A stretch of DNA of 64,000 bases, from positions 248,001-312,000 of the forward strand of contig NZ_BAABFP010000005.1 in assembly GCF_039541115.1 (NCBI RefSeq), written 5' to 3'. How positions within the stretch are numbered: the stretch's first letter is position 1; each line of letters starts with the position of its first letter. The DNA is from Angustibacter luteus. GTDB taxonomy: Bacteria; Actinomycetota; Actinomycetes; Actinomycetales; Angustibacteraceae. Made by a program: the position numbers and the translations under genes. Shown piece after piece: positions 38,621 through 47,854 of this stretch. The notes beneath the pieces were generated by a model, which saw only the letters and a program-made list of their open reading frames with translations, had not been told where the DNA came from and made no database searches.

Positions 38621-39531
38621 AGCGAGGTCTCCTTCCGACGGAGGTAGACGAGGGTCGCGACGGAGACGATCATCACGATGACGAACTGGACGACCGAGAT
38701 GGCCGCCGCGTAGCCCTGCGACTGCACCGCGCCGCCCTGGGCACCCCCGAATCCCTGGGTGAAGATCGCCAGGGACAGCACCTGGGTGGCCGGGTTGATC
38801 GGGCCGGTCAGCACGTAGATCAGCTGGTAGCTCTGCAGTGCACCGATGATGGACAGCAGGGTGTTCGCCGTCACCGCCGGAGCCAGCAACGGGAAGGTGA
38901 CGTACCGCAGCTTCTGCCACGACGTCGCGCCGTCGATGGACGACACCTCGTACAGCTCGACGGGGATCGCCTGCAGCCCGGCGAGGTAGATCACCACCGC
39001 GACCCCCATGCCGGCCCACACCGAGACGGCGATGACCAGCGCCATGGCCAGGTGCGGGTCCCCGAAGAACGCCGAGGACGCGCCGAACGACTTCCAGATG
39101 CTCGCCGCGGGTCCGCCGCTGGGGTTGAACATCAGCGAGAAGATCAGGCCGATGACGGTCACACCCAGGATCGTGGGCATGAAGACCACCGCTCGGGCGA
39201 AGTTGCGCCCCCGCAGGCGTTGGTTCAGCAGGACGGCGATGAGCAGTGCGAGGGAGTTCTGCAGGAGCGTCACGGAGATGGCGAAGACGAACGTGTTCTT
39301 CAGCGCGTGCAGGTTGTAGCCGAGCTGCGCCGAGGAGAAGAACGTGGAGTAGTTCTCGAACCCGACGAAGTGGATCGGGATGAACGGCAGCGAACGGATG
39401 TCGGTCAGCGAGATCGCGAAGATGCCCGCCGCGGGGATGAGCGAGAACAGGACGACCAGGCTGATCCCGACGGCGAAGGTCAGCTGGGCCGACCACCGCC
39501 GCCCGAAGATGAACGAGCGCGACTGGTTCAT
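38617..39531 (-). CDS. Carbohydrate ABC transporter permease (MalF-type)
   Basis: FVGFENY, YLAGLQAIP.ELYE...IDGA and LTGP motifs. Confidence 0.93.
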   Translation of the reverse strand: MNQSRSFIFGRRWSAQLTFAVGISLVVLFSLIPAAGIFAISLTDIRSLPFIPIHFVGFENYSTFFSSAQLGYNLHALKNTFVFAISVTLLQNSLALLIAVLLNQRLRGRNFARAVVFMPTILGVTVIGLIFSLMFNPSGGPAASIWKSFGASSAFFGDPHLAMALVIAVSVWAGMGVAVVIYLAGLQAIPVELYEVSSIDGATSWQKLRYVTFPLLAPAVTANTLLSIIGALQSYQLIYVLTGPINPATQVLSLAIFTQGFGGAQGGAVQSQGYAAAISVVQFVIVMIVSVATLVYLRRKETSL

Positions 39532-39534
39532 GGC

Positions 39535-40860
39535 CTACTTCAGACCCGCCTGCCAGTCCTTCTCGGAGGCATCAGCGGCGCCTTGGGGGTCGGACTTGCC
39601 CATCGGAGCGATGCCGGCCCAGTTGAACGGGTTCTGCGCCGCGGCTCCAGCCTTGGTGTTGGGGATCCAGACGGTGTCCCACGCGGGCTCGAACGTGCTC
39701 GTGTACTTGGCGATGTCGGTGTAGAACGGGTTGCTCTTGGCGCCGGTCACGGACGGCGCGAAGCCGGCCTCGTCGTCGAAGAGCTGGTAGTTGTCGGTGA
39801 AGAAGCTGAGGTACTCGATCGCGGCCGACTTGTTCTTCGCGTTGCTCGGGATGGCGAGCGTCAGCTCGACCTTCCCACCCAGGTACTTGTTGTCCGCCGC
39901 GTTGTCGCTGGCGGGCAGCGGGAAGTAGCCGAAGTCGAGCTTGCTCCCGCCGGCCTGCTGGATGGTGGTGGTGTTCCAGGTGCCGTCGCTCATCATGGCG
40001 AGCTTGCCGTTGACGAAGTCCGCGGTCATGGTCGCGTAGTTCACGCCGGCGAAGTTCGGCTCGGCATACGAGTAGAGCTTCTGCACGTTCTGCAGCACCT
40101 GGAGCTGCTTGCCGTCGTTGAGCTTCACCGTGCCGCCGTACAGACCCTTGGCGAGGTCGTCCTTCGCCTGCGCCGTCGGGTACAGACTCTGCACCACGCC
40201 CAGCATGTTCAGCCCCGCCGAGTCCTTGCCGCCGATGCCGAGCGGGACGATGCCCTTGGCCTTCAGCGTCTCGCAGGCCGCCATCAACTCGGTCCACGTC
40301 GTCGGGATCTTGATCCCGTTGTCCGCGAAGATCTTCTTGTTGTAGAACATGCCGGAGTAGTAGCTCAGACCCGTGGGCACGGTGTAGTTCTTGCCCTTGT
40401 ACTTGATCTGGTCCAGCACGGTCGGGTTGTACTTCTTCATGAACGCCTGGTTCGTGAGGTCCACGTACCCGCCCTGGTCCGCGAGCCGGGCGTCGTCGCC
40501 CTCGTTACCGGCGGGAACGTAGCTCGGCAGCTCCTTCGGCCCGGCGAGCCCGACGTCGATGCTGCCGGCGGTGAGCCGGGAGGCGTGCGCCTGGGCGTAG
40601 TTCTCGTTGGGCACCGCGGTGAAGTTGATCTTCACGCCCGGGTACTTGGCGATGAACGCCTGGTTGACCGCCTTGAAGCCGGCGTCCGACCCGGTCGCGC
40701 TCGAGACCACGACGTTGAGCGTGCCGCTGGCGCTCCCCTTCGGCGTGGGAGCAGCGGACTCCCCGGAACTCCCCGAGCACGCCGTCATGGTGACCAGGGC
40801 GGTGAGCCCAGCTCCCATGAGGGCGAGTCGGCCCGCTGAGCGCAACGTCATTGTCGCCAT
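39535..40860 (-). CDS. Sugar ABC transporter substrate-binding lipoprotein
   Basis: Lipobox MTAC; FYNKKIF...GIKIPTTWTEL and DGTW motifs. GGAGGA RBS. Confidence 0.93.
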   Translation of the reverse strand: MATMTLRSAGRLALMGAGLTALVTMTACSGSSGESAAPTPKGSASGTLNVVVSSATGSDAGFKAVNQAFIAKYPGVKINFTAVPNENYAQAHASRLTAGSIDVGLAGPKELPSYVPAGNEGDDARLADQGGYVDLTNQAFMKKYNPTVLDQIKYKGKNYTVPTGLSYYSGMFYNKKIFADNGIKIPTTWTELMAACETLKAKGIVPLGIGGKDSAGLNMLGVVQSLYPTAQAKDDLAKGLYGGTVKLNDGKQLQVLQNVQKLYSYAEPNFAGVNYATMTADFVNGKLAMMSDGTWNTTTIQQAGGSKLDFGYFPLPASDNAADNKYLGGKVELTLAIPSNAKNKSAAIEYLSFFTDNYQLFDDEAGFAPSVTGAKSNPFYTDIAKYTSTFEPAWDTVWIPNTKAGAAAQNPFNWAGIAPMGKSDPQGAADASEKDWQAGLK

Positions 40861-40877
40861 GGTTCCTCCGCGAATCT

Positions 40878-40891
40878 CCGAAACGTTTTGG
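40878..40891. promoter_or_regulatory. LacI-family operator just downstream of the SBP promoter
   Basis: CCGAAACGTTTTGG, a near-palindrome with central CG. Confidence 0.8.
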
Positions 40892-40899
40892 ATGCCCGG

Positions 40900-40927
40900 A
40901 CACTACCAAAACGTTTCGGTTGTGCAA
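40900..40927 (-). promoter_or_regulatory. Housekeeping-sigma promoter of the ABC operon with a LacI operator (CCAAAACGTTTCGG, 40906-40919) in its spacer
   Basis: Minus strand TTGCAC-N16-TAGTGT. Confidence 0.75.
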
Positions 40928-40974
40928 CCGGAGAGTGACGCGAGGGAACCGGGGCGGTCAGTGCGGGGTGGTGG

Positions 40975-41991
40975 TCAGGTCGGCGGCCCGGTCGACGCGC
41001 GGACGACGAGGCTGGCCGGCTCGGTGTCCACGTGCGATGCGGGGGCGCCGTCCAGCATCGCCAGGAGGGTGCGTGCCGCCTGCTCGCCCAGGACGTGGGG
41101 GGCCGTGGTGACGGTCGTCAGCGAGGGGCGCGCGTACGCGCCGAAGTCGATGCCGTCGTACCCCGCGACGGAGACGTCGCCCGGCACGGAGAACCCCAGC
41201 TCCGTGGCCTTGGCGATGAACCCGATGGCCATCAGGTCGTTCGCGCAGAACACGGCGGTGGGTCGAGGTCGCCGCCGGAGCAGCGCGGCTGCGGCGCGGC
41301 TGCCGGAGGCGAGCGAGAAGTCGCCCTCGACGCAGGCGCCCGGTCGGATCCGGGCGCCCGACAGGTACTCGCGCCACGCCGTCTCGCGGTCGTGGGCGTG
41401 GATGTAGTCCTTGGGTCCGGAGACGTGGGCGATGCGCCGGTGCCCGAGGTCGACGAGGTGGTGCAGCAGCGCGTCGATGGCGGGTTCGTGCGCCTGCCGG
41501 ACGGAGGAGATCCCGTCGCCGCCCGGCCGCGCGTTGATGGCGACCGCGGGGATGCCGAGCCTGCGCACGAGGTCGAACCGGGTGTCCGGGATGGACACGT
41601 CGGTGAGGAAGACCCCGTCGACGCGATGGTCCGCGGCGAGCTGCCGGTACCGGGCGATGGTGCGCTGCCGGGTCGGTGCCACCTGCAGGACCAGGGCGTA
41701 CCCGCCGTCCTCGAGGACGGACTCGACCCCGCTGATGAACCCGGCGAAGAACGGGTCCGAGGCGATGACCGAGGGGTTGCGCTGGATGACGAGCCCCACG
41801 CTGAAGGCGCGCTTCTGCGACAGGCTGCGACCGCGCAGCGAAGGGGACCAGCCGAGTCGCTTGGCCGTGGCCACGATCCGCTTGCGCGTCGGTTCGGACA
41901 CCCCCGGGCGGTCGTTGAGGGCGGCGGAAACCGTGGCGATGGACACCCCGGCGTCCCGGGCGACGTCCACGATCGTGACGCGTTGCTTCAT
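40975..41991 (-). CDS. LacI family transcriptional regulator
   Basis: TIVDVARDAGVSIATVSAALN HTH; TAVFCANDLMA, DVSVAGYD and PSLTTV motifs. Confidence 0.95.
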   Translation of the reverse strand: MKQRVTIVDVARDAGVSIATVSAALNDRPGVSEPTRKRIVATAKRLGWSPSLRGRSLSQKRAFSVGLVIQRNPSVIASDPFFAGFISGVESVLEDGGYALVLQVAPTRQRTIARYRQLAADHRVDGVFLTDVSIPDTRFDLVRRLGIPAVAINARPGGDGISSVRQAHEPAIDALLHHLVDLGHRRIAHVSGPKDYIHAHDRETAWREYLSGARIRPGACVEGDFSLASGSRAAAALLRRRPRPTAVFCANDLMAIGFIAKATELGFSVPGDVSVAGYDGIDFGAYARPSLTTVTTAPHVLGEQAARTLLAMLDGAPASHVDTEPASLVVRASTGPPT

Positions 41992-42051
41992 GGCTCCCAT
42001 TCCGCTCTGGCCCACTGTCCAGATGTCAGTCCTGTCGCTATCGTCTGACAG

Positions 42052-42065
42052 CCTAAACGTTTCGG
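42052..42065. promoter_or_regulatory. Third LacI operator, upstream of the dehydrogenase operon
   Basis: CCTAAACGTTTCGG, 7 nt after a TATCGT -10 at 42039-42044. Confidence 0.75.
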
Positions 42066-42080
42066 GCGAAGGGAGACGGG

Positions 42081-43088
42081 ATGGTTCGCCCCCGAGTCGG
42101 CATCGTCGGAGCCGGGAGCATCACCTCGCTGCACGTCCCCTTCTGGCAGCGCCTCGGCTGGCAGGTGTCGGTCTACGCCCTGGAAGGGGCGCCGGCCCTG
42201 GCCGACCGGTACGGGATCCAGGTGGAGCCGACGTTGGACGGCCTGCTCGCCAGTGCCGACGTCGTCGATGTCTGCAGCTCCTCGGCCAGCCACGCATCGC
42301 TCGCGACGCTTGCCGTCCGACGCGGTCTCCCGGTGGTCTGCGAGAAGCCCATGGCGTTGTCGTTCAAGGAGTCCCTGGACCTCGCGGCTGAGGCACGGCG
42401 ACGTGGGGTGAGGGTCCTGCCGGCCCACGTCGTCAGGTTCTTCGGCCAGTACGAGGCCGTCCATCGGGCGGTGCGGGGTGGGGCCCTGGGCGACCTGGCC
42501 GTGCTGCGCTTCGTCCGCGGTGGGGCCAGACCGGACGGCGCGTGGTTCCTCGACGAGGCCCAGTCCGGAGGGATCGTGTTCGACCTGATGGTGCACGACC
42601 TGGACCAGGCGAGGTGGCTCGCCGGAGAGGTGCGGAGCGTGCACGCCGTGCAGAACCCGCCGAGCGCGGACGGGCAGGTTCCCCCGGAGGTGGTGGCCCA
42701 CGCGACGTTGGTCCACGACGGCGGTGCGATCTCCCAGGTCCAGTCCTTCTGGGGGAGCCCGGGGTTCACCTTCGGGCCGTCGTTCGACGTCGCGGGCAGC
42801 GCAGGCCGGCTCGTCAGCAGCCCGGACCACGAGGTCACCGTTTTCGAGGATCTCCCCGGGATCGAGGCGGAGCAGTCGTACCTGCCGCCTGAGACGGCGG
42901 AGGAGAGCCCCTACTTCAGCCAGCTCGAGGAGTTCTCCCGCGCGCTCCTGCAGGACGATCCGTGTCGGGTCGCGGCCCTGGACGGCGTGATGGCGGTAGG
43001 GCTCGCCGAGGCGGCCAGGACGTCGATCCAGACCGGCGAACCGGTGGACTTCCTGCCCTGGCGCGAGCAGATCGCAGATGCGCTGTGA
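42081..43088 (+). CDS. Gfo/Idh/MocA family oxidoreductase
   Basis: GIVGAG, CEKPMA, HVVRFF and SGG..FDLMVHDLD motifs. Confidence 0.9.
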   Translation: MVRPRVGIVGAGSITSLHVPFWQRLGWQVSVYALEGAPALADRYGIQVEPTLDGLLASADVVDVCSSSASHASLATLAVRRGLPVVCEKPMALSFKESLDLAAEARRRGVRVLPAHVVRFFGQYEAVHRAVRGGALGDLAVLRFVRGGARPDGAWFLDEAQSGGIVFDLMVHDLDQARWLAGEVRSVHAVQNPPSADGQVPPEVVAHATLVHDGGAISQVQSFWGSPGFTFGPSFDVAGSAGRLVSSPDHEVTVFEDLPGIEAEQSYLPPETAEESPYFSQLEEFSRALLQDDPCRVAALDGVMAVGLAEAARTSIQTGEPVDFLPWREQIADAL

Positions 43089-44119
43089 CGGACTCGATGC
43101 TGCAGGTCGGCGTGCTCTCCGCAGCACACGGACACGCCGCCGGCTACCTCAGACACCTTGCCGCACAGCCGAATGTCGCCGTCTCGTTCAGCGACCCGGG
43201 CGCGCCCGACGACGTCGCCGACCGGGGTCAGCAGCTCGCGGCCGCAGCCGGCGCCCGCTGGATCGAGGACCCGGCCGAGCTGCTGGCCGGCGCGGACGCC
43301 GTCGTCGTCTGCTCGGAGAACTCCAGGCACCACGACGACGTGCTCGCGGCCCTCGGGCAGGGCTGTCACGTGCTCTGTGAGAAGCCGATGGCGACCACGG
43401 CGGCCGATGCCGTCCACCTGTGGCAGGCCGCCAACGGCGCGGGGTTGGTGCTCGGGGTCGCGCACCCGGTCCGGCAGTCCCCGGCCTACCGCCACCTCCA
43501 GGCCAGGCTCGAGGGCGGCGCCCTGGGCACGGTGCTGTCTCTGCTCGGCACCAACAACGGCATGCTGCCGCGGGACCGGGCGTGGTTCACCCAGCCGCAG
43601 TGGTCCGGGGGCGGAGCCCTCGCCGACCACCTGGTGCACTGCACCGACCTGGTGGACGGGCTGCTGGGCGCTGCGGCGGTGCGGGTGCGGGCGGCGAGCA
43701 ACCGCATCCTGGAGCAGTACCCGCCGACCGAGGTCGAGACGGGTGGCATCGTCACCATCGAGTACGAGGGCGGCGTCATCGCCACCGTCGACTGCTCCTG
43801 GAGCCAGCCCCGCACGGCTCCGACCTGGGGCGGCCTGAGCCTCGACGTCATCGGGACGAGGGGGAGGGTGCGCATCGACCCGTTCAACCTGCGGGTGGCG
43901 GGATTCGCGGCCGGCGGTCCGCAGTGGCTGGCCTACGGGTCCGACATGGACGCCGACATGATCGGCAACTTCCTCAGCGCGGTCCGGGGGCGCACCTCCA
44001 TCCACGCCGGTGCCTTGGCCGGCGTCCGGTCCGTCGAGATCATGGCCGCCGCACTCGAGTCGGCCCGGGAGGGCGGCCGGACCGTCGCGGTCCGTTCGCT
44101 GACGAGCACGCTGTCATGA
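43085..44119 (+). CDS. Gfo/Idh/MocA family oxidoreductase (second, divergent type)
   Basis: LS.AH.HA..Y, LCEKPMA, GGGA..DH.VH..D and DCSWS motifs. GTGA coupling. Confidence 0.88.
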   Translation: MTDSMLQVGVLSAAHGHAAGYLRHLAAQPNVAVSFSDPGAPDDVADRGQQLAAAAGARWIEDPAELLAGADAVVVCSENSRHHDDVLAALGQGCHVLCEKPMATTAADAVHLWQAANGAGLVLGVAHPVRQSPAYRHLQARLEGGALGTVLSLLGTNNGMLPRDRAWFTQPQWSGGGALADHLVHCTDLVDGLLGAAAVRVRAASNRILEQYPPTEVETGGIVTIEYEGGVIATVDCSWSQPRTAPTWGGLSLDVIGTRGRVRIDPFNLRVAGFAAGGPQWLAYGSDMDADMIGNFLSAVRGRTSIHAGALAGVRSVEIMAAALESAREGGRTVAVRSLTSTLS

Positions 44120-45381
44120 CCGCCGACCCCGGCCTGCAGCACCGGGCGTTCCCTGCCCGGTGCACCGACGACGGCCCGGACCACCAGACGATCGCCTGGA
44201 TGACGGCTCGCTTCAACGGGTTCCTCCAGGACCTGCCATCCGCCGGCCAGGTCGCCAGCACCGCCGCAGCCTGGCAGCAGGAGGGCCGTGTCCTGCACGC
44301 GATCTACGACGTCGGTTCGCGACCGGAGGCCGCGCTGGGCCCCGACGTTCCCGTCGCCACCGCAGCCGTCATCGAGGCCAGTCTCGACGCCGGGGGCGAC
44401 ACTGACATCGCCTGCACCCTCGTCGCCGACGTGACGGTCCGCCCGACGCACCGCGGTCAGGGCCTCATGCGACACATCATGCAGGCGATCACGACGCGGG
44501 CGCGCGAGACCGGCGTCCCGCTCGTGGCCCTGCACGCCGCGCACCCGGCCCTGTACGCGCGTTTCGGGTTCTCGCCGGCGGTCCGGTCCCTGTCGGTCGA
44601 GGCCGACTGCGCCCGGTTCGCGCTGCGAAGCCAACCCTCCGGGACGGTGCACGCGGCCGACCCGCGACGGGCCCACGACCTGGCCCGGACGGTTGCCGCC
44701 GCATCGGGTGACCTGCGCTTCGGTGCGCTGACCGCCAGCTCACTGGTCGAGCACCCACCGCAGGGCAGTGACCACGCGACCCGGTGCCTCGTGCACGTCG
44801 ACGATCACGGTCACGTCGACGGCGTGCTGACGTACGCGTTCCAGGGATGGACACCGCAGGCCCAGGTGCTCGAGCTCCGGTCGGAGACGTACGCCGCGGT
44901 CGAGGCGCACGCGGCGCTCTGGCAGACCCTGGCCTCCACCGGGCTCGCGAGCACGGTGCGTGCCACCGATGTTCGGACGGACGACCCGCTGCCGTGGCTG
45001 CTCGTCGACCGGGCCGCCTGGCGGGTCACGGGGATGTCCGACGGCTACTCGCTGCGCATCCTGGACGCGGCCACCGCGATGCGGCTGCGCGGGTACTCAG
45101 GGCCGGACGCGGAGATCGCGATCGACGTCGAGGACCCGGGCGGACCCACCGCCGGTCGCTGGCTCCTCCAGGTGTCGGGCGGCCGGGCAGCAGTCGAGAC
45201 CACGGCTCGCCCGGCCGATCTCACCATGGACGTCCAGGCACTCGCGGCCGCGTTCCTCGGCACCACCGCTGCCACGGTGCTGCACGGCGCGGGCTTGGTC
45301 ACCGGGTCCCAGGCCGCTGCCCGCGCCCTGGACGACTTGCTCCGAGGGCCGGTCGCGGCGTCGTCGTCCCTGCACTTCTGA
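44116..45381 (+). CDS. Eis-like GNAT acetyltransferase with C-terminal SCP2-like domain
   Basis: VTVRPTHRGQGLM acetyl-CoA motif, LYARFGF, DDPLPWLL.D.R, LRILD and a terminal Phe. ATGA coupling. Confidence 0.82.
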   Translation: MTADPGLQHRAFPARCTDDGPDHQTIAWMTARFNGFLQDLPSAGQVASTAAAWQQEGRVLHAIYDVGSRPEAALGPDVPVATAAVIEASLDAGGDTDIACTLVADVTVRPTHRGQGLMRHIMQAITTRARETGVPLVALHAAHPALYARFGFSPAVRSLSVEADCARFALRSQPSGTVHAADPRRAHDLARTVAAASGDLRFGALTASSLVEHPPQGSDHATRCLVHVDDHGHVDGVLTYAFQGWTPQAQVLELRSETYAAVEAHAALWQTLASTGLASTVRATDVRTDDPLPWLLVDRAAWRVTGMSDGYSLRILDAATAMRLRGYSGPDAEIAIDVEDPGGPTAGRWLLQVSGGRAAVETTARPADLTMDVQALAAAFLGTTAATVLHGAGLVTGSQAAARALDDLLRGPVAASSSLHF

Positions 45382-45422
45382 GCGCTGCGCATGACCCGAC
45401 CCGGCCGGGGTGCCCGGGGGAC

Positions 45423-47252
45423 CTACAGCGCCCGCTCGACCCCGAGGACGGCCTGGGCCAGCTCGATGTTGGTCAGCCCCTGGAGGTCCTGACCCAGCCC
45501 GGTCTGCGCATCGAGCTCGACGATGAGCGTGTTGCGCTGGTCGTCGGCGCTCATGGTGCGCAGTGCGGCGTCGTCCCGGATCCCCAGCCGTCGCAACAGG
45601 ACCATCACGGCGCCGACGCCCTCGAGCTCGGCGTCGTCGTACGCCTGGTAGTTCGTCTGGTTGCTGTGCGCGGTCATCTCGACGATCAACGTGTTCCGCT
45701 GCGACTCATGGTCTATCAGGTTCAGCTCGCGCTGGGTGCGGAAGCCTCCGCCCAGCAGGGCGCCGCGGATCCACGAGGTGACCAGCCCGGGCGCGCGACC
45801 GCCGATGCCCTTCAGGCTGCCCAGCGCGATGAGCACCAGATCGAGGCTGCCCAGGCCCTGCAGCTCCTGACCGAGCCCGGTCTGCACCCCGATCTCGACG
45901 ATGGCGGTGTTCCGCTGGTCGTCCGCCGACATGGTGCGCAGTGCGGCGTCGTCCCGGATCCCCGTCTCTCGCAGGAACACCAGGACGGCGCCCATGCCAG
46001 CCAGCGTGTCGTTGTCGTAGGCCTGGTAGTCGCTCTGGCTGCTGTGCCCGGTGAGCTCGACGATGAGCGTGTTGCGCATGTCGTCGTGGGTCATCGAGTT
46101 GAGCTGGTGCTGGGTGCGGAACCGTCCGGCCAGCAGGACCCCGCGGATCGGGAACGAGCGCCGAGCGCCCCCGCGCACCTGGACGTCGACGAACTCGTGG
46201 TGCGCGTCGACGCCCAGCAGGCGCAGCGAGAAGTCGCCGGCTGTGCACGGCCAGTCGACCATGGTGCTGGCGAGCTCCAGCGGGGCGACGCCGTCGTATC
46301 GGATGCTCTGGTCGGCGTTGGTCGAGTGCACGACGAGCCCCTCCGGCGGAGCACCGGGCTCGCCGAGCGCCTGGTCGTAGTCCCAACCACCACGACGGAG
46401 CTCGACGGCGTAGCGCCGACCGTCGCGCCGGTTGGACGGCAGCGTCAGCACGACCGGCAGCCCGGAGTCCGGCAGGCGATGGTTGAGGGCGTACAGGCGC
46501 AGCGTGACCGGGTCGTCCGCATAGCCACCGTCGAGATGGATCACGGACGGGCTGTCTCGGAAGGCTGGTTTCGACAGCAGCTGGGCACCGGTCAGGCGCG
46601 GGCCCGTGATCCAGTTGGCCGGCAGCGTCAGGTGCGGCGCCTCGGCGTTCGGCCCGCCGTCCGGCAGCCCCGCGTCAGCCGGGCGCAGGAACTCCGGGTC
46701 CACCGCCTCGTACCCGTAGCGGCGGCTGCTCATGGTCGAGTACGGGGAGGCGTAAGGGTGCCCGCCCGTCGCGTTCGCCGCTGCCGCGCTGTCCTCGAGC
46801 ACCTCGTGCTGGAGCTCGAAGGAGTGACCCAACTCCTGGCAGGCGGCGTCGAACGGCGTACTGCGGTCGACCACGGTCACGAAGACCTTCTTGGTGCCGC
46901 CGCTACCGGGGACGTCGACCTGGCCGCCGCCCCACCACCCCGTCGGCTGGGCGAACCACAGCAGCAGCACGTCCGTGGCGTCCCAGTCCGGATGCACCTG
47001 GCTGGTGACCTCGGCGGCGACGGCGGACTCGAAGGCCGGGCGTCCGGCCGGAGCGGACGGCGGGGTCTGGGTGGACAGGACGGGCGGGTACAGCGTGTGG
47101 TCGAGTGCGTAGAGCCCTCGGGACGACAGGAACCAGAAGTTGCCGAGGCTGTACATCCGCAGCGGCTGCATCCAGTTCGTCATCAGCTCGTCCGACCACA
47201 CGGTGCTGGCGTCCGTGTTCGACGCTGCCCTGACGCGAACGACCGCGATCAT
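45423..47252 (-). CDS. Hypothetical protein: metzincin-like (M6/M11-like) domain with QELGHxxxLxH variant motif plus two C-terminal ~110-aa repeats
   Basis: CQELGHSFELQH, YASPYSTMS (Met-turn-like) and YAVELR...D..L. Repeats start at 46148 and 45770. Start codon uncertain (47252 or 47288). Confidence 0.6.
   Translation of the reverse strand: MIAVVRVRAASNTDASTVWSDELMTNWMQPLRMYSLGNFWFLSSRGLYALDHTLYPPVLSTQTPPSAPAGRPAFESAVAAEVTSQVHPDWDATDVLLLWFAQPTGWWGGGQVDVPGSGGTKKVFVTVVDRSTPFDAACQELGHSFELQHEVLEDSAAAANATGGHPYASPYSTMSSRRYGYEAVDPEFLRPADAGLPDGGPNAEAPHLTLPANWITGPRLTGAQLLSKPAFRDSPSVIHLDGGYADDPVTLRLYALNHRLPDSGLPVVLTLPSNRRDGRRYAVELRRGGWDYDQALGEPGAPPEGLVVHSTNADQSIRYDGVAPLELASTMVDWPCTAGDFSLRLLGVDAHHEFVDVQVRGGARRSFPIRGVLLAGRFRTQHQLNSMTHDDMRNTLIVELTGHSSQSDYQAYDNDTLAGMGAVLVFLRETGIRDDAALRTMSADDQRNTAIVEIGVQTGLGQELQGLGSLDLVLIALGSLKGIGGRAPGLVTSWIRGALLGGGFRTQRELNLIDHESQRNTLIVEMTAHSNQTNYQAYDDAELEGVGAVMVLLRRLGIRDDAALRTMSADDQRNTLIVELDAQTGLGQDLQGLTNIELAQAVLGVERAL
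45445..46148 (-). repeat. Intragenic tandem duplication, period 378 nt
   Basis: Both copies encode IRG.LL.G.FRTQ..LN...H...RNTLIVE.T.HS.Q..YQAYD...L.G.GAV...LR..GIRDDAALRTMSADDQRNT.IVE...QTGLGQ.LQGL. Confidence 0.9.
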
Positions 47253-47374
47253 GCCCCTCAGTGTCGCGCTGACCCGCGGGCAGCACAACGGCCGTTGACG
47301 TCGTTCGCCGACGGGGAGGATGGTGAAGCGCGCGGTTCGGTGTCGAGCCGCGCAGCAAGCACCAGGGGGCAGTC

Positions 47375-47836
47375 ATGTCAGGTTCACTCAGCCCGTTCCC
47401 GCTCGTCAGCGAAGGTGCCCACGACCATCCCGTCCGGACCCTGCAGGACCTGCTCAACGAGCACGGCTACGGCCTGGTCGTCGACGGGCTCTTCGGCCCG
47501 CTGACGGACGGCGCGGTCCGCGCGTTCCAGCAGGCCAAGGGCCTGGCCGTCGACGGGATCGTCGGCCCGATCACCTGGTCCGAGGTGGTCGTGACGGTCC
47601 GGCAGGGCAGCGAGGGTGACGCCGTGCGCGGCGTGCAGGAGGAGTTCCAGTTCCGCAACGAGTCCGGCGACCCCTCCAAGGGGCTCGCGGTGGACGGGAT
47701 CTTCGGACCCAGGACGGACGCCGCTGTGCGCGGGTTCCAGGAGGCGCTGCACGCCGACACCCCGTCCGTCGTGGTGGACGGGATCGTCGGTCCGGTGACC
47801 TGGCAGGCCCTGATCAGCGGGATGCTCTCCTTCTGA
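47375..47836 (+). CDS. Protein consisting of two PG_binding_1 domains
   Basis: Two copies of V..(L/V)Q...VDG.FGP.TD.AVR.FQ...VDGIVGP.TW. Confidence 0.88.
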   Translation: MSGSLSPFPLVSEGAHDHPVRTLQDLLNEHGYGLVVDGLFGPLTDGAVRAFQQAKGLAVDGIVGPITWSEVVVTVRQGSEGDAVRGVQEEFQFRNESGDPSKGLAVDGIFGPRTDAAVRGFQEALHADTPSVVVDGIVGPVTWQALISGMLSF

Positions 47837-47854
47837 GTGCTCGCTCCGCGGCGC

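Noticed and set aside
42024..42050. TGTCAG...TATCGT as a fifth PafBC-type promoter; also a TGTCAG/CTGACA inverted pair
   Set aside because: Spacing is 9 rather than 10 nt, and the downstream genes are explained by the LacI operator.
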